A stretch of 64,000 nucleotides of DNA from Alphaproteobacteria bacterium (GTDB lineage: Bacteria > Pseudomonadota > Alphaproteobacteria > UBA7887): contig CBDCGL010000011.1 in NCBI GenBank assembly GCA_965216755.1, positions 3,968,001 through 4,032,000 on the forward strand, given 5' to 3'. Below the pieces are notes generated by a model. It searched no databases. It had not been told where the DNA came from and saw only the letters and a program-made list of their open reading frames with translations. The stretch's first letter is position 1. Each line of letters opens with the position of its first letter. This document shows positions 19,126-31,634 of the stretch, piece after piece. The position numbers were made by a program, and so were the translations under genes.

Positions 19126-19758
19126 TTAGGATTCGGCGCGGCCCGATTGGTTCATGGTGCTCAGCAAACCGATCAAGCCGTCGAGCCCGTCGCGGGCGAT
19201 GACCGATGTGAACTCGGACCTTTTGGTGGTCATCATGCTGACCCCCTCGGCGGCCACGTCGATGATGCGATGTCCGTTATCGGTTGAACGCACAAGCCAG
19301 TCCAAACGCAGCGCCGGATCCGCGCCACGTTCGATTTCCGTAAACACGATGGTGTCACCATTGTTGCGCGCGACAATCTGCTTGATCACCACTTTTTCGT
19401 TGTTGTAAGCGCCAAGCTGCGAGACGTAGACGTTCAAAATATGCTCGCGGAAGACACGGGCGAACACTTCCCGCTGGTTGTCGTCGGCGCGGCGCCAGTA
19501 ACGCCCGATCACCAGCTTGGTGATCAAGGGCAAGTCGAAATTTGCGTCGATAAGATGTTCAAACCCGGCGCGGCGGGCGGTGGTGTCATCAACCGGCACC
19601 TGCAGGACGGCGATCGCCTCGGCAATCATCTGCTCGACGAAGGCGCCCATCTCCGCGTCTTGTTGACCCGCCTGTGCCGGCGGCGCCAGCAAGGCGGCGC
19701 CCGCCAGGATCGCCCCCACCCCTGCCATGAATGTCCGTCGCATCATCATCTGACTCAT
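19126..19758 (-). CDS. mlaC: Phospholipid-binding periplasmic protein MlaC/Ttg2D
   Basis: Signal peptide; FDLPLITKLVIGRYWR, IIDVAAEGVSMMTTKRSEF. Confidence 0.9.
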   Translation of the reverse strand: MSQMMMRRTFMAGVGAILAGAALLAPPAQAGQQDAEMGAFVEQMIAEAIAVLQVPVDDTTARRAGFEHLIDANFDLPLITKLVIGRYWRRADDNQREVFARVFREHILNVYVSQLGAYNNEKVVIKQIVARNNGDTIVFTEIERGADPALRLDWLVRSTDNGHRIIDVAAEGVSMMTTKRSEFTSVIARDGLDGLIGLLSTMNQSGRAES

Positions 19759-20606
19759 TCCGCATAACTCAGGTCATTGTCAAACGGGTCTGCCGGGCTC
19801 CCCAAGAACGGGTCAACCTCTTGCGGCTTGCCGTTGTCAATCAGATCCTTACGACGTTGACGATAGGCACTTCTGAGGGCCGCGTAGAAATCGATCGACG
19901 TGCGTTCAATCTCATCGAGCACATCGACATTGCGCGCATATTGGTCGACGCCACTTACGGCTCCCATAATGGGCCCTATGAACTCAACGTTATGATCTGC
20001 AAAGACGTAAGTAAGTGGATCGAGGAAGATATCAACACCTCGGCCTATACCATCGCGAACACTTGACGGACCAAAAAGTGGAAAAACAAGATAGGCGCCA
20101 TCTTTTGACCCCCACACCGCCAATGTTTGGCCGAAATCTTCGTCCAGGGGCTCCAGCCCGAAATCTTCTTTTGCCACGTCAATCATGCCGCCAATGCCCA
20201 ATGTGGTATTGATCACGATGCGGCCCAGGATGTGGGTAGCCCGTCGAAAATCGCCCTGCAGGGTGGCGTTAAAAAAGTTGACCGGTTCGCCCGCATTGTC
20301 CAAGACGCCACGGATCGCATCGCGAATTTCTTGTGGCAAAACAGCGGTATACGCATTTGCGGCCGGGCGTAGCGCAACCCTGGCAAAAAAGAGATTGAAA
20401 TCGAAAATGGCCCGGTTCATGGGCTCGAGCGGATCGTTCGTCGCTTCGAATTCGGCGACGGCCTCAAGGTCATCGGCCGGCGGCGGCGTTGCGCAGGCGG
20501 CGACGAAATAAGACACGACCGCAACCAACAACAACGGTGCGCGGCTTGCGCCATGCTCGTGGTTCGCGCCACGAGCGGGTCCCAGGCGTTCTGGCATGAA
20601 AGTCAT
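19755..20606 (-). CDS. mlaA: MlaA/VacJ lipoprotein
   Basis: Lipobox VAAC; NDPLEPMNRAIFDFN, EDFGQTLAVWG, GPSSVRD, DFYAALRSAY. Confidence 0.93.
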   Translation of the reverse strand: MTFMPERLGPARGANHEHGASRAPLLLVAVVSYFVAACATPPPADDLEAVAEFEATNDPLEPMNRAIFDFNLFFARVALRPAANAYTAVLPQEIRDAIRGVLDNAGEPVNFFNATLQGDFRRATHILGRIVINTTLGIGGMIDVAKEDFGLEPLDEDFGQTLAVWGSKDGAYLVFPLFGPSSVRDGIGRGVDIFLDPLTYVFADHNVEFIGPIMGAVSGVDQYARNVDVLDEIERTSIDFYAALRSAYRQRRKDLIDNGKPQEVDPFLGSPADPFDNDLSYAE

Positions 20607-20860
20607 TGACCGCGAAGTGCGCTAATCACTCCGGCCCCCCGATTGAGCCATCCCTGAACAACTTGGCGTCGCATGAGTCAGGGCGCGTATAACCCCGATT
20701 AAGAGAGAATCGCATACGCCGATACGAAAATATAGTCGTTCTGTTGGCCAGTTTTCCAGCCGTCGCGGCCCAATTCGACGAATTTCCCGTCGACCGGGAG
20801 CAATTATGTGGATTTGTCAATGACATCAAGAATTCGCTGGACACGGATTGTCGTTAATCA

Positions 20861-20890
20861 TAACTATATAAGAATATCTTTATATAGTTA
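20861..20890. promoter_or_regulatory. Palindromic operator, probable SahR box
   Basis: TAACTATATAAGAATATCTTTATATAGTTA with 11-bp perfect arms, 10 nt upstream of the ArsR-methyltransferase start. Confidence 0.8.
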
Positions 20891-20900
20891 TTGAGTGGAG

Positions 20901-21890
20901 ATGTCGTCTGTCGACTACTTCCTGAATGCGCTCAGAGCTGCGGCCGAATCGACTCGTCTTCGGCTGCTGGCCTTGTGCGCCGAGGGCGAACTGACGGTGA
21001 CCGAGCTGACGGAGATTCTCGGCCAGAGCCAGCCGCGCGTCTCACGCCACCTGAAACTGCTGTGCGAGGCTGGGTTGCTGGAACGCTATCAAGAACGGAC
21101 ATGGGCATTCTATCGCCTCGCCGAACGCACCGAGGGCGCCGAGCTTGCGCGTCGCTTGCACGCTTTGTTGCCGCGGGACGACCCGACTTTAGCCTTGGAC
21201 CGGGAACGATTGGATGCGGTCAAACGCCTGCGGGCCGAGCGCGCCGCGCGCTTTTTTCGCGAGAACGCCGCGCGGTGGAACGAAATTCGCGCCCTATATG
21301 TATCCGAGGAGGAAGTTGAAAAGGCGCTGTTGAAGATACTCGGGACCGCGCCGATGGCGGAGTTCCTCGACATCGGCACGGGAACGGGCCGAATTCTGCA
21401 GCTGATGGCGCCCTATGCGGCGCGTGGCGTCGGCATCGATCTGTCGCACGCCATGCTTGATGTGGCGCGGGTCAATCTGGAAGAAGCGGGGCAGCATCAT
21501 TGTCAGGTTCGGCATGGCAACATGTACCAACTGCCGTTCGCGTCGCAGACCTTTGATGCGGTGTCGATCCACATGGTGCTTCATTTCGCCGATCGCCCGG
21601 CCCAGGCCTTGGCCGAGGCGGCGCGGGTCTTGCGGCCCGGGGGGCGACTGGCCGTGATCGACTTTGCACCCCACGACGTTGAGGCTTTGCGTGAAAACTT
21701 TGCGCATCGGCGCCTGGGCTTTGCAGAGTCCGAGGTCGACGGATGGCTTAGAACAGCCGGCGTGCGTCCCGGCGCGACGGTCCGACTGCCGGGGGATCCG
21801 CTGACTGTGCTGATTTGGCATGGCGTGCGTGACAACATCGTGCGCTTGGATGACTCGCAGACGGCCATAGCGCGGAGCGCCTCATTGTGA
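20901..21890 (+). CDS. sahR: ArsR HTH + SAM-binding domain regulator (SahR-like)
   Basis: SQPRVSRHLKLL HTH; LDIGTGTG SAM motif; heads the metF-metH operon. Confidence 0.85.
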   Translation: MSSVDYFLNALRAAAESTRLRLLALCAEGELTVTELTEILGQSQPRVSRHLKLLCEAGLLERYQERTWAFYRLAERTEGAELARRLHALLPRDDPTLALDRERLDAVKRLRAERAARFFRENAARWNEIRALYVSEEEVEKALLKILGTAPMAEFLDIGTGTGRILQLMAPYAARGVGIDLSHAMLDVARVNLEEAGQHHCQVRHGNMYQLPFASQTFDAVSIHMVLHFADRPAQALAEAARVLRPGGRLAVIDFAPHDVEALRENFAHRRLGFAESEVDGWLRTAGVRPGATVRLPGDPLTVLIWHGVRDNIVRLDDSQTAIARSASL

Positions 21891-22807
21891 CGGCCGCGCG
21901 TTCTGGAAATGGGTCGCCATCGCGCCGCGTGGCGCCAACAGTGTCATTTGAGTTCTTCCCGCCAAAGACCGACAAGATGGCCCAGGCTTTATGGCGATCG
22001 ATCGAGCGCTTGGCGCCGCTGAATCCGCAATTTGTTTCGGTTACGTACGGTGCGGGTGGCGGCACCCGCGAGCGCACCCACGCCGTGGTCGAGAGAATTC
22101 GGGAGACCACAGCGCTTGAACCAGCGGCCCATTTGACATGTGTCGGCGCGAGTCGCGCACAAGTCGACGAGGTTGCCAAGCGATACCGCCATGCCGGCGT
22201 GCATCACATCGTCGCGCTGCGTGGCGATCCGCCGGACGGCGGTGGCGGGTTCACGCCGCACGCCGATGGTTATGCCGGCTCGGTCGACCTTATCGCCGGA
22301 TTGCGGCAGCTCGGGGATTTCGAGATCAGCGCCGGCGCCTATCCGGAACCCCATCCTGACTCGCACGGGCCCGTGCGGGACATCGAGCTGCTCAAACGAA
22401 AGATCGATTCCGGTGCCGGTCGGCTGATCACGCAGTTCTTCTTTGACAACGAAGTCTTCCTGCGTTTTCTAGACCGGGTCCACGCTGCCGGTATCGCGGT
22501 GCCCATCGTTCCCGGTATCTTGCCGGTGACCAATTTCAAACAAGTCGCGCGTTTCAGCGCCCAGTGTGGCGCCACGGTGCCGGATTGGTTGGCAGCGCGT
22601 TTTGAAACCTTGGACGATGATCCGGGCACAAGGACGTTGGTTGCCGCGGCAACGGCCGCCGAGCAATGTCTGGCGTTGCACGAATCGGGCGTTGATCACT
22701 TTCATTTTTACACCCTCAACCGGGCGGATCTGGTCTACGCGATCTGCCACATGCTTGGCTTGCGGCCGGCGCCCGCTGTCGCGGCGATGCCGCGCGCGGC
22801 GGAATAG
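21887..22807 (+). CDS. metF: 5,10-methylenetetrahydrofolate reductase
   Basis: SFEFFPPK, SVTYGAGG, AHLTC, ALRGDPP, ITQFFF, HFYTLN. Confidence 0.97.
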   Translation: MTAARSGNGSPSRRVAPTVSFEFFPPKTDKMAQALWRSIERLAPLNPQFVSVTYGAGGGTRERTHAVVERIRETTALEPAAHLTCVGASRAQVDEVAKRYRHAGVHHIVALRGDPPDGGGGFTPHADGYAGSVDLIAGLRQLGDFEISAGAYPEPHPDSHGPVRDIELLKRKIDSGAGRLITQFFFDNEVFLRFLDRVHAAGIAVPIVPGILPVTNFKQVARFSAQCGATVPDWLAARFETLDDDPGTRTLVAAATAAEQCLALHESGVDHFHFYTLNRADLVYAICHMLGLRPAPAVAAMPRAAE

Positions 22808-22819
22808 GACTGCAACAAG

Positions 22820-25800
22820 ATGATCGATCTGTGGGCATTGCTGCGCGAGCGGGTTTTGCTGGCCGACGCCGCCATGGGCAGTCAGACGCAGTTGCTCGAT
22901 CTTGACATCGATCGCGATTTTCGGGGCTGCGAGAACTGTACGGAAATCCTCAACCAGAGCCGCCCCGATCTGATCCGCGGGATTCACGAAACGAGCTTGG
23001 CCGCAGGGTCGGATCTGGTCCAGACCAACAGCTTTGGCGGATCACCGATGACCCTGGCTGAATTTGGCTTGGCCGATCAGGCGTTTGTTCTCAACAAGGG
23101 GGCCGCAGAACTCGCCTGCGAGGCGGTGGAACAGTTTTCCGGCGATGGTCGGGTGCGCGGCGTTTTGGGGTCGATCGGGCCCGGCACGAAATTGCCGAGC
23201 CTTGGCCATGTCGCTTACCAAGACGTCGAAGACGCCATAGCCACGCAGGCGGCCGGCCTGATCGCCGGAGGCGTGGACGGATTCATTATCGAGACCGTGC
23301 AGGACGTCTTGCAGGCAAAAGCCGCGGTAAACGGAGCGCGCCGCGCCATGGCCGAGGTTGGGCGCGAATTGCCCTTGATCGTACAGGTTACCGTGGAAAC
23401 CAACGGCGCCTTGTTGATGGGCGCCGATATTGCGGCCGCGATCACCGCGTTACATGCCATGCGTGTGTCTGCTGCGGGTCTGAACTGTGCCACCGGACCG
23501 CAGGAAATGGCAGAGCATCTGCGTTGGCTGTCGTCCAACTGGCCGGGGCCGATCGCCGTGCAACCGAACGCCGGGCTTCCCGAGTTGGTCGAAGGCAAGC
23601 CGCACTATCCACTCAGCCCACAGGAAATGGCGGCGTGGTTGGAGCGCTTCGTCGAGGAAGACGGTGTCTCGCTGATCGGTGGTTGTTGTGGTACCACGGC
23701 GACACATATCGAGGCGCTAAACGCCATGTTGATGGCCCGTGCGGGCGGCGCGGCGCGACCGGCTCCGGTCAAGCGTCAGGTGCATTGGGTGCCATCGGTG
23801 GCCTCGATTTATCAGCAAGTGCCGCTGCGCCAAGAGAACGCCATTTTGATGATCGGCGAGCGCTGCAACGCCAACGGCAGCCGCAAATTCCGCGAATTGC
23901 AGGCCGCTGAATCGTGGGACGGCTGCGTGGCCATGGCGCGCGATCAACAGGCCGAAGGTTCGCACTGTATTGATTTGTGTACTGCCTATGTCGGGCGTAA
24001 TGAAACGCACGATATGTCGACGTTGATTGAGCACGTGCGTGGCGCCGTGGCGTTGCCACTGGTGTTTGATTCAACCGAACGCGATGTGCTTGAGGCCGCG
24101 TTCAAGCTCTACGGTGGCAAAGCCATCTTGAATTCGATCAATTTCGAAGATGGCGAAGGCCCGGCGGCAGAGCGCTTGGCTCTGGCACGCCGATTTGGCG
24201 CGGCGGTCATCGCCTTGACCATTGACGAGCAGGGCATGGCCAAGGATGCGGCCGGCAAACTGCGGATCGCCAAGCGGCTGCATGACTTTGCGACACGTGA
24301 ACACGGTTTGGCGTCATCCGACATTTTGATCGATCCGCTGACGTTCACAATTTGCACCGGCAATGAAGATGATCGCAAGTTGGGGATCGAGACGCTCGAC
24401 GGCATCGAGCAGATCGCGCGCGCACTGCCCGATTGCCAGATCGTGCTCGGCTTGTCGAACATCTCGTTCGGTTTGAAGCCGGCGGCACGCCATGTCCTGA
24501 ATTCGGTTTTCTTGGATCACGCGGTGAAACGCGGCATGAACGCGGCGATTGTCCATGTCGGCAAGATCGTATCCTTGCACAAGATTCCACCAAACGAAGT
24601 TAAAGCAGCGGAAGATCTGATCTTCGATCGGCGCGCACCCGGTTTTGATCCCTTGCACGCCTTTATCGCATTGTTCACCGATCGCAAGGCCGCGACCGCC
24701 AAGACCAAGAAACGCGCACACAAGATCGAAGCGCGGTTGGCTGAACGCATCGTCGATGGCGATCGCGAAGGGTTGGACGCGGATCTTGATCGCGCGCTGA
24801 AACAACATCCGCCGTTGACGATCATCAACAAGTTTCTGCTTGATGGGATGAAAACTGTCGGCGAGCTGTTCGGCTCAGGCAAAATGCAACTGCCTTTCGT
24901 TTTGCAGTCCGCCGAGACGATGAAGGCGGCGGTGTCCTATTTGGAATCCTTCATGGATCGCGTCGACGGTGAGCACAAGGGGACGATCGTTTTGGCCACG
25001 GTCAAGGGCGACGTCCACGATATCGGCAAGAATTTGACCGATATTATTTTGTCCAATAATGGTTATCGGGTGATCAATCTGGGGATCAAGCAGCCGATCG
25101 GGGATATTCTTTCCGCGTCGAAAGTGCATCAGGCGGACGCCATCGGTATGTCTGGCTTGTTGGTCAAGTCGACGGCAATCATGCGCGAGAATCTCCAGGA
25201 AATGACACGCCAGAGTCTGGAGGTGCCGGTGTTGCTGGGCGGCGCTGCCTTGACCCGGCGTTATGTGGAAGATGATTGTGTCCGTGCCTATCAAGCCGGC
25301 CGCGTCGCCTATGCCCGTGACGCCTTTGACGGTTTAAAACTGATGGATGCGATCGTCGACGGCACGTTTGATTCGCGCCTTGCCGACATCGCGCAAAAGC
25401 GTTCAAAAACAGTGGTGCGCGACGCTGAATTTTTGGCCGCGCCCGCCGCGGCCGCGTCCGAGGAAGGCGCGGTTGCTGTCGCCGTGGCGCTAAAAGGGGG
25501 GCCACAGACTCGCGCCAAGCCGCGCCGCACGGAACATAGCGGGCAAGCGCGCAGGCCGGGCGCCGATGACCACGTCGTTCCCCTGAGGCCGGTTGAGGGC
25601 AAACGCCACATTCTGCACAATGGCGATCTGGCGGCCGTCGCCGACATTCCGGCGCCGCCCTTCTGGGGCGCCCGAATCATCGAGGAAGTGCCCATTCGGG
25701 CCTTATTGCCCTATCTCAACACCCACATGCTGTACCAGTTTCACTGGGGTTTCAAAAAGCAGGGGCGCCGTTTTCACGAGTTCAAAGCGTGGGCCAAGCG

Positions 25801-26449
25801 CGAGCTGCGGCCGATCTTGGAACGGGTCATCAATCTGTGCGAGCAGGATCATGTTTTGAAACCGACCGCGGCCTACGGCTACTGGCCCGCCGCGGCCGAC
25901 GGCGACGATATCGTGCTATACACGCCGCCGAACGGCGCGGGTCCGGGCGCCGAAGTCGCGCGCTTCGCCATGCCGCGTCAACAGCGGCCGGGTGGTCTGT
26001 GTCTTGCCGACTTTTTGCATCCGGTCGGCAATGGGGTACGCGACGTGATCGGGCTGCAAGTGGTCACCGTTGGCCAGCGGGCGTCAGATGTGGCGCGGCA
26101 ATGGTTCGCTGACGATCGCTATCAGGATTACCTTTATTTGCACGGACTCGGTGTGGAAATGGCGGAAGCGATGGCCGAATTCACCCACAAGCGAATCCGC
26201 GACGAACTCGGCTTTGGGCACGAAGACGACCGCGATATGGAGAAACTGCTCAAGCAGGGTTATCGTGGCGCGCGCTATTCGTTCGGCTACCCGGCGTGTC
26301 CCAATTTGCACGATCAGGAACAGCTTTTGGCATTGTTGGGCGCCGACCGCGTCGGCCTGGTGCTCGGCGACGAAGACCAACTCCATCCCGAGCAGTCAAC
26401 GTCGGCGATCGTGCTCCACCATCCCCAGGCTTGCTATTTCACGATTTAG
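22820..26449 (+). CDS. metH: Cobalamin-dependent methionine synthase
   Basis: [48 protein letters not shown]. Confidence 0.97.
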   Translation: MIDLWALLRERVLLADAAMGSQTQLLDLDIDRDFRGCENCTEILNQSRPDLIRGIHETSLAAGSDLVQTNSFGGSPMTLAEFGLADQAFVLNKGAAELACEAVEQFSGDGRVRGVLGSIGPGTKLPSLGHVAYQDVEDAIATQAAGLIAGGVDGFIIETVQDVLQAKAAVNGARRAMAEVGRELPLIVQVTVETNGALLMGADIAAAITALHAMRVSAAGLNCATGPQEMAEHLRWLSSNWPGPIAVQPNAGLPELVEGKPHYPLSPQEMAAWLERFVEEDGVSLIGGCCGTTATHIEALNAMLMARAGGAARPAPVKRQVHWVPSVASIYQQVPLRQENAILMIGERCNANGSRKFRELQAAESWDGCVAMARDQQAEGSHCIDLCTAYVGRNETHDMSTLIEHVRGAVALPLVFDSTERDVLEAAFKLYGGKAILNSINFEDGEGPAAERLALARRFGAAVIALTIDEQGMAKDAAGKLRIAKRLHDFATREHGLASSDILIDPLTFTICTGNEDDRKLGIETLDGIEQIARALPDCQIVLGLSNISFGLKPAARHVLNSVFLDHAVKRGMNAAIVHVGKIVSLHKIPPNEVKAAEDLIFDRRAPGFDPLHAFIALFTDRKAATAKTKKRAHKIEARLAERIVDGDREGLDADLDRALKQHPPLTIINKFLLDGMKTVGELFGSGKMQLPFVLQSAETMKAAVSYLESFMDRVDGEHKGTIVLATVKGDVHDIGKNLTDIILSNNGYRVINLGIKQPIGDILSASKVHQADAIGMSGLLVKSTAIMRENLQEMTRQSLEVPVLLGGAALTRRYVEDDCVRAYQAGRVAYARDAFDGLKLMDAIVDGTFDSRLADIAQKRSKTVVRDAEFLAAPAAAASEEGAVAVAVALKGGPQTRAKPRRTEHSGQARRPGADDHVVPLRPVEGKRHILHNGDLAAVADIPAPPFWGARIIEEVPIRALLPYLNTHMLYQFHWGFKKQGRRFHEFKAWAKRELRPILERVINLCEQDHVLKPTAAYGYWPAAADGDDIVLYTPPNGAGPGAEVARFAMPRQQRPGGLCLADFLHPVGNGVRDVIGLQVVTVGQRASDVARQWFADDRYQDYLYLHGLGVEMAEAMAEFTHKRIRDELGFGHEDDRDMEKLLKQGYRGARYSFGYPACPNLHDQEQLLALLGADRVGLVLGDEDQLHPEQSTSAIVLHHPQACYFTI

Positions 26450-29400
26450 CCGGCTTTACCGCGCCGAATCCGCCGGCACCCGGCGTCTTGATGACAAATA
26501 CATCGCCGGTGTTGACCGCGATTTCTGCCGCACCGCTCAATTCCTCGACCCCGCCATCGGCACGTTCCACGTAATTGTGACCGCATTGACCGGGCGCACC
26601 GCCGGCAACACCAAACGGTGCGACGCGCCGATGGCTGGACAAAATCGCCGCGGTCATGGGCTTCAAAAAACGCACCCTGCGCACGGTGCCGTCACCGCCG
26701 CGATGGCGGCCGTCGCCGCCGGAGCCGGCGCGTATGGCGAACTTTTCCAACAGCACCGGAAAGCGCCATTCCAGAACTTCCGGATCGGTCAGGCGTGAAT
26801 TGGTCATGTGCGTGTGGATGGCGCTGGTGCCGTCGAAATCCGGCCCGGCGCCGGCCCCGCCACAAATCGTCTCGTAATACTGCCAGCGCTCATCGCCGAA
26901 CGTGAAATTGTTCATGGTGCCCTGCGATGCCGCCAAGACGCCAAGCGCACCATACAATGTATCGACAATATTTTGGCTGGTTTCCACATTGCCCGCGACG
27001 ACTGCGGCCGGATAGCTGGGACTCAGCAAGCTTTTTTCCGGAATGACCAGGTCCAAGGGCTCCAGACAGCCTTCGTTCATGGGAATGTCGTCGTCGACCA
27101 ACGACCGGAACACATACAAGACCGCCGCCCGACAAACAGCCGTCGGCGCGTTGAAGTTGCTGTTTTGCTGGGGTGACGTGCCGGTGAAATCAATCCGTGC
27201 CCGGCGCGCCGTTTTGTCGATCGTGATCGCCACTTGGATGACGCTGCCGTCGTCGAGCGCATAGGCAAAGGAGCCGTTGGTCAGGACGTCGAGAACTCGT
27301 CGCACCGACTCAGCCGCATTGTCCTGTACGTGGCCCATATAGGCCTCGACCACGTCCAGGCCGAAATGGGCGATCATGCGGCCGAGTTCGATGACGCCTT
27401 TCTGATTGGCGGCGATTTGCGCCTTTAGATCCGCGATGTTTTGATCGATGTTGCGCGCCGGATACGGGCCGGACCCGAGGATCGCACGCAGGGCGTCTTC
27501 CTGCAGGCGTCCCTTGGCCACCAACAAGACATTGTCGAGCAATACGCCTTCTTCTTCGACGGTATGGCTGTTGGGGGGCATGGAGCCCGGGGTCAGGCCG
27601 CCAATATCGGCGTGATGGCCTCGGCTCGCGACGTAAAACAGCACGCGCGTTTGGTCCGCGTCGAACACGGGCGTAATCACGGTTACGTCAGGCAAATGTG
27701 TGCCACCGGCATATGGCGCATTGAGCACATAGACTTCGCCCGCTTTAACCGAACCGGCGCGGGCGCGAATAATTGTGCGCACGCTTTCGCCCATCGACCC
27801 CAAATGGACCGGCATGTGCGGGGCGTTGGCGACCAGATCGCCGTCGCGGTCGAACACCGCACAGGAGAAATCCAGGCGCTCTTTCATGTTCACGGAGTGA
27901 CTGGTGTTTTCAAGCACGCTGCCCATTTGTTCGGCAATCGACATGAACAGGTTGTTGAACACTTCCAGCATGACCGGATCGACAGTGGTGCCAATTGCGG
28001 CGCGTACGGCGCGGGGCGTGGTGCGGTCCATTACCACGTGATTGCAGTCGCTGATCGCGGCCGTCCAGCCCGGCTCGATCACCGTGGTTCCCGTGCGCTC
28101 GACAATGATGGCGGGGCCGGCGACGCGATTGCCAGGACCCAAATCGTCACGTTCATAGATGGCGGCATCGTGGCGGACCCCGTCGGTGATCATGGGTGTT
28201 GTCAGGCGCGGCGACGGCAGGGGCCCTACGGTCGTGTCGTGACGGGCGTCAGTTTCGGTTTCGGTGGCGCCGATCAATTCGACCGCGATCGCCTCGACGA
28301 TCAGACGTTTATCCGGCGCGACGAACCCGTATCTTTGCCGATGGGCGGCCTCAAACGCCGTGATGATCGTCGCGATATCACCGAAATCGACGGTCAACGG
28401 CGCGTCGGTGCCGTCGTAGCGGACGTGGAGCTTGCGCAACACCGTGATCTGGTCGGCCGTTACGCCTTGGCGCAGAATTTCGACGCGCGCGGCAGCCGCC
28501 AATTGATTAAGGCCGTCTTCCAAGACGCGTACCAATCCGCTTTCGAGCGGCGCCTCGACCGCCTTCTCGCGCAGCACGCGGATGTCGGCAAGGCCCATAC
28601 CATAGGCGGACAAGACGCCGGCAAACGGGTGAATCAGAATCCTGCTCATGCCCAGGGTGTCGGCAACGGCGCAGACATGTTGGCCGGCGGCGGCGCCAAA
28701 CCCGCACAATGTGTATTCGGTGACGTCATAGCCGCGCTGAATCGAAATGACCTTGATGGCATTGGCCATATTATCGACGGCTATACGTCGAAAGCCTTCG
28801 GCAACCGCGGCGGCGTCGCGCTTGTCGCCGGTCGCGGCCGCGATATCTGCCGCCAGTTTGTCGAAACGGCGACGCACAATCTCGACATCTAAGCCCTGAT
28901 CGCCGTTCGGACCGAACACTTTGGGAAAAAATGCCGGTTGAATCTTGCCAAGCATAACGTTGCAGTCGGTGACTGTCAGTGGACCGCCGCGGCGATAACA
29001 GGCGGGACCCGGATTGGCGCTGGCTGAATCCGGCCCGACCCGGTAGCGGGCGCCGTCGAAATGGACCACCGAACCGCCGCCGGCGGCAACGGTATGGATC
29101 CGCATCATCGGCGCGCGCACCCGCACACCGGCGACCATGCTGTCAAAGGTCCGCTCAAAGTGGCCGTCGAAATGGGACACATCGGTCGACGTGCCACCCA
29201 TGTCGAAACCGATAATCTTATCAAAGCCGGCCATGGCCGCCGTGCGAACGACGCCGACAACGCCTCCGGCGGGGCCGGACAAAATGGCGTCCTTGCCCTG
29301 AAATCGGCCGGCCTCGGCCAATCCGCCATTGGATTGCATGAACATCAACCGGGTATCGCCCAGCGCGCCAGCGAGGCGATCGATATAGCGCGCCAAAATC

Positions 29401-30071
29401 GGCGACAGATAGGCGTCGGCGACCGTCGTGTCGCCGCGGCTGACCAACTTCATCAAAGGCGTTACGGCGTGGGACGCCGAGACTTGGGTAAAGCCAAGCT
29501 CGCGCGCAATATCGGCGACGCGCCGCTCGTGTTCAGGATAGCGATAGCCGTGCATGAACACGATCGCACACGCGCGGAGTCCTGTGGCGAACGCTGCGCT
29601 GAGCGCGTCACGGGCAGCTTGTTCATCGAGCGCCGTCAGCACCGCGCCGTCGGCGGTGAGCCGCTCATCGATTTCGACCACCCGTTCGTACAGCATGTCC
29701 GGAATACGAATGTTGCGATCGAACAGGCGCGGCCGATTTTGGTATCCGATGCGTAGGGCATCGGCGAAACCGCGCGTGGTGACCAAGCCGGTGCGATCGC
29801 CTTTGCGCTCGAGCAGCGCGTTGGTCGCGACCGTTGTGCCCATTTTGACGGCGGCGATCGCCGCGGCCGGAATCGCCTGTCTGCTATCCAAATCGAGCAG
29901 GCAGCGAATACCCTCCAGCGCGGCGTCGTCATATTGCTCGGGGTTATCCGACAACAGCTTGTGGGACAGCAGCCGGCCATCGGGGCGCTTGGCGACAATA
30001 TCGGTAAACGTGCCACCGCGATCGATCCAGAATTGCCATTGGGGCGAAACGGTATCGGCATTTTGGGTCAT
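26439..30071 (-). CDS. 5-oxoprolinase (fused hydantoinase A/B)
   Basis: [59 protein letters not shown]. Confidence 0.93.
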   Translation of the reverse strand: MTQNADTVSPQWQFWIDRGGTFTDIVAKRPDGRLLSHKLLSDNPEQYDDAALEGIRCLLDLDSRQAIPAAAIAAVKMGTTVATNALLERKGDRTGLVTTRGFADALRIGYQNRPRLFDRNIRIPDMLYERVVEIDERLTADGAVLTALDEQAARDALSAAFATGLRACAIVFMHGYRYPEHERRVADIARELGFTQVSASHAVTPLMKLVSRGDTTVADAYLSPILARYIDRLAGALGDTRLMFMQSNGGLAEAGRFQGKDAILSGPAGGVVGVVRTAAMAGFDKIIGFDMGGTSTDVSHFDGHFERTFDSMVAGVRVRAPMMRIHTVAAGGGSVVHFDGARYRVGPDSASANPGPACYRRGGPLTVTDCNVMLGKIQPAFFPKVFGPNGDQGLDVEIVRRRFDKLAADIAAATGDKRDAAAVAEGFRRIAVDNMANAIKVISIQRGYDVTEYTLCGFGAAAGQHVCAVADTLGMSRILIHPFAGVLSAYGMGLADIRVLREKAVEAPLESGLVRVLEDGLNQLAAAARVEILRQGVTADQITVLRKLHVRYDGTDAPLTVDFGDIATIITAFEAAHRQRYGFVAPDKRLIVEAIAVELIGATETETDARHDTTVGPLPSPRLTTPMITDGVRHDAAIYERDDLGPGNRVAGPAIIVERTGTTVIEPGWTAAISDCNHVVMDRTTPRAVRAAIGTTVDPVMLEVFNNLFMSIAEQMGSVLENTSHSVNMKERLDFSCAVFDRDGDLVANAPHMPVHLGSMGESVRTIIRARAGSVKAGEVYVLNAPYAGGTHLPDVTVITPVFDADQTRVLFYVASRGHHADIGGLTPGSMPPNSHTVEEEGVLLDNVLLVAKGRLQEDALRAILGSGPYPARNIDQNIADLKAQIAANQKGVIELGRMIAHFGLDVVEAYMGHVQDNAAESVRRVLDVLTNGSFAYALDDGSVIQVAITIDKTARRARIDFTGTSPQQNSNFNAPTAVCRAAVLYVFRSLVDDDIPMNEGCLEPLDLVIPEKSLLSPSYPAAVVAGNVETSQNIVDTLYGALGVLAASQGTMNNFTFGDERWQYYETICGGAGAGPDFDGTSAIHTHMTNSRLTDPEVLEWRFPVLLEKFAIRAGSGGDGRHRGGDGTVRRVRFLKPMTAAILSSHRRVAPFGVAGGAPGQCGHNYVERADGGVEELSGAAEIAVNTGDVFVIKTPGAGGFGAVKPAKS

Positions 30072-30216
30072 GGTCGCACTCGTTTTTGGGTGTTTGGCCA
30101 CCGCGGCGCGATAAGGTTTAGCAAATCTCGCCGCCATTGGTCCCGCCGTCTGGTGACCCGGGTCAGCGCGGCATGATACCCTCAAGGCGTGATGCGGCAA
30201 TTTGGCGGGAGATAGA

Positions 30217-31557
30217 ATGGATCGATGGAGCGCGCCGTGGCTAACGTTGTTTGTCATGGTGCTGGGCGCCGCGGTCGGGTCGGCCGTCCCCGCCACGGCG
30301 GCAAGAGTGGCGAAAAAGCCCAACCCGGCGGAAAGCCTGCCCTGTGCCAATGTCGTTCAATGGTCAAATGCAGCGGCGATGCCCGGATATTCGGATGATA
30401 TTGGGGCCACAGGTCGGTTCGGGGTCGGGTTCGCCAATGGCCGATCGGATACCCTGGTGGTCGCGCTGGATGAGCCGGGGGTGGTCTCGCTCTCGTGGCG
30501 TGATGCCGGCGTGGCCGCGTTTGTCATGCCCGAAGGTGTCTTCACCTATGGCTTTTGCCGCTGTGCCGAATTCCGCGGTTTGGAACGCGACGATCGGATT
30601 ACCATCGCTGGCTTGGACCCGGGCCACGTGGCTCGCAGTCTTGGCATTGGCTATGTGCATTTGAGCGACGCATTGCCGGTTACGCATGCGCGCCAACAGG
30701 CTATCGGCAGGATCGAAGACTTGACCGGGGCGGGCGCGCGCGGGGTCGAGGTTGGCAGTTTGGCGCGCGATCACGCGGATGGCGCCGGTTGGGCCGTGGC
30801 AGCCCGCAATAGCGTCGCGGTCGTCGTCCACGGCAGCGCCTATGCACGCCGCAGAAACGGCGCCATCGTGCGCGCCGATGACCGCCGTGCGGTGATCGTT
30901 GGCGGTGGCACGATCGTTCGGGTTCGCGAGCGACTGGTTGTTGTGACGGCGGCGCACGTGGTGCCGCCGATGGATCGCCGGGGCGGCATCAGCGTCGTGA
31001 CCGTTGACGGACAAAACTATTCGATGCGACTGATCTTACATGGCGGCCGGCGTTATGACGTGGCCATCCTGACGTTTGGCGATCAGGACATTGAACATGA
31101 CGTGGCGGCGCGGTTTTCCGGCGTCACCTTGGCCCCATCGCAAGTTGCCGCGGGCGATTTCGGATTTCACATCGGATTCCCGAAAACCTGGCAGGATCCG
31201 GCCGCCGCAAGACGCGAGGGGCGCCGCCCGGCCTTTGCGACGGCCGCCGAGCCTGACGCCACAATGTCGCGAGATCTGTCGGCGCCCATGGTGTTGAATT
31301 CCGGTGTGGTTTCGGTATCGAGGCCGACCTTTGTCCATTTGTCGGCACGGATCGGCCATGGCGACTCGGGCGGCGGGTTATTTGTACTGGACGACAAAGG
31401 CAGCCCTCTTCTCGTTGGTCCGGCATCGACTGTTCGGATCCGCGAAGGCGACGGCAATCCGCCGCAATCGACGCCGCTCGGTCCGGTCATCGGCCGGTAT
31501 CTCGCGTTGCACGCGTTCGACGTGGGCAAGATTCTCATGCGCCAATCCACGCGTTGA
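30217..31557 (+). CDS. Exported trypsin-like (S1) serine protease with unrecognised N-terminal domain
   Basis: Signal peptide; catalytic motifs TAAHV, YDVAIL, GDSGGG. Confidence 0.75.
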   Translation: MDRWSAPWLTLFVMVLGAAVGSAVPATAARVAKKPNPAESLPCANVVQWSNAAAMPGYSDDIGATGRFGVGFANGRSDTLVVALDEPGVVSLSWRDAGVAAFVMPEGVFTYGFCRCAEFRGLERDDRITIAGLDPGHVARSLGIGYVHLSDALPVTHARQQAIGRIEDLTGAGARGVEVGSLARDHADGAGWAVAARNSVAVVVHGSAYARRRNGAIVRADDRRAVIVGGGTIVRVRERLVVVTAAHVVPPMDRRGGISVVTVDGQNYSMRLILHGGRRYDVAILTFGDQDIEHDVAARFSGVTLAPSQVAAGDFGFHIGFPKTWQDPAAARREGRRPAFATAAEPDATMSRDLSAPMVLNSGVVSVSRPTFVHLSARIGHGDSGGGLFVLDDKGSPLLVGPASTVRIREGDGNPPQSTPLGPVIGRYLALHAFDVGKILMRQSTR

Positions 31558-31634
31558 CAAAGTGAAGGCAGGCCTATCCAGGTGACGACCCCGCGGCTCT
31601 ATTACAGATCAATTATTTTTCAAGGAGTTAGACA

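Noticed and set aside
30072-30350. N-terminal extension of oxoprolinase in the ORF track (likewise 16233-16589 for the monooxygenase)
   Set aside because: Overlaps the divergent gene; family similarity starts downstream
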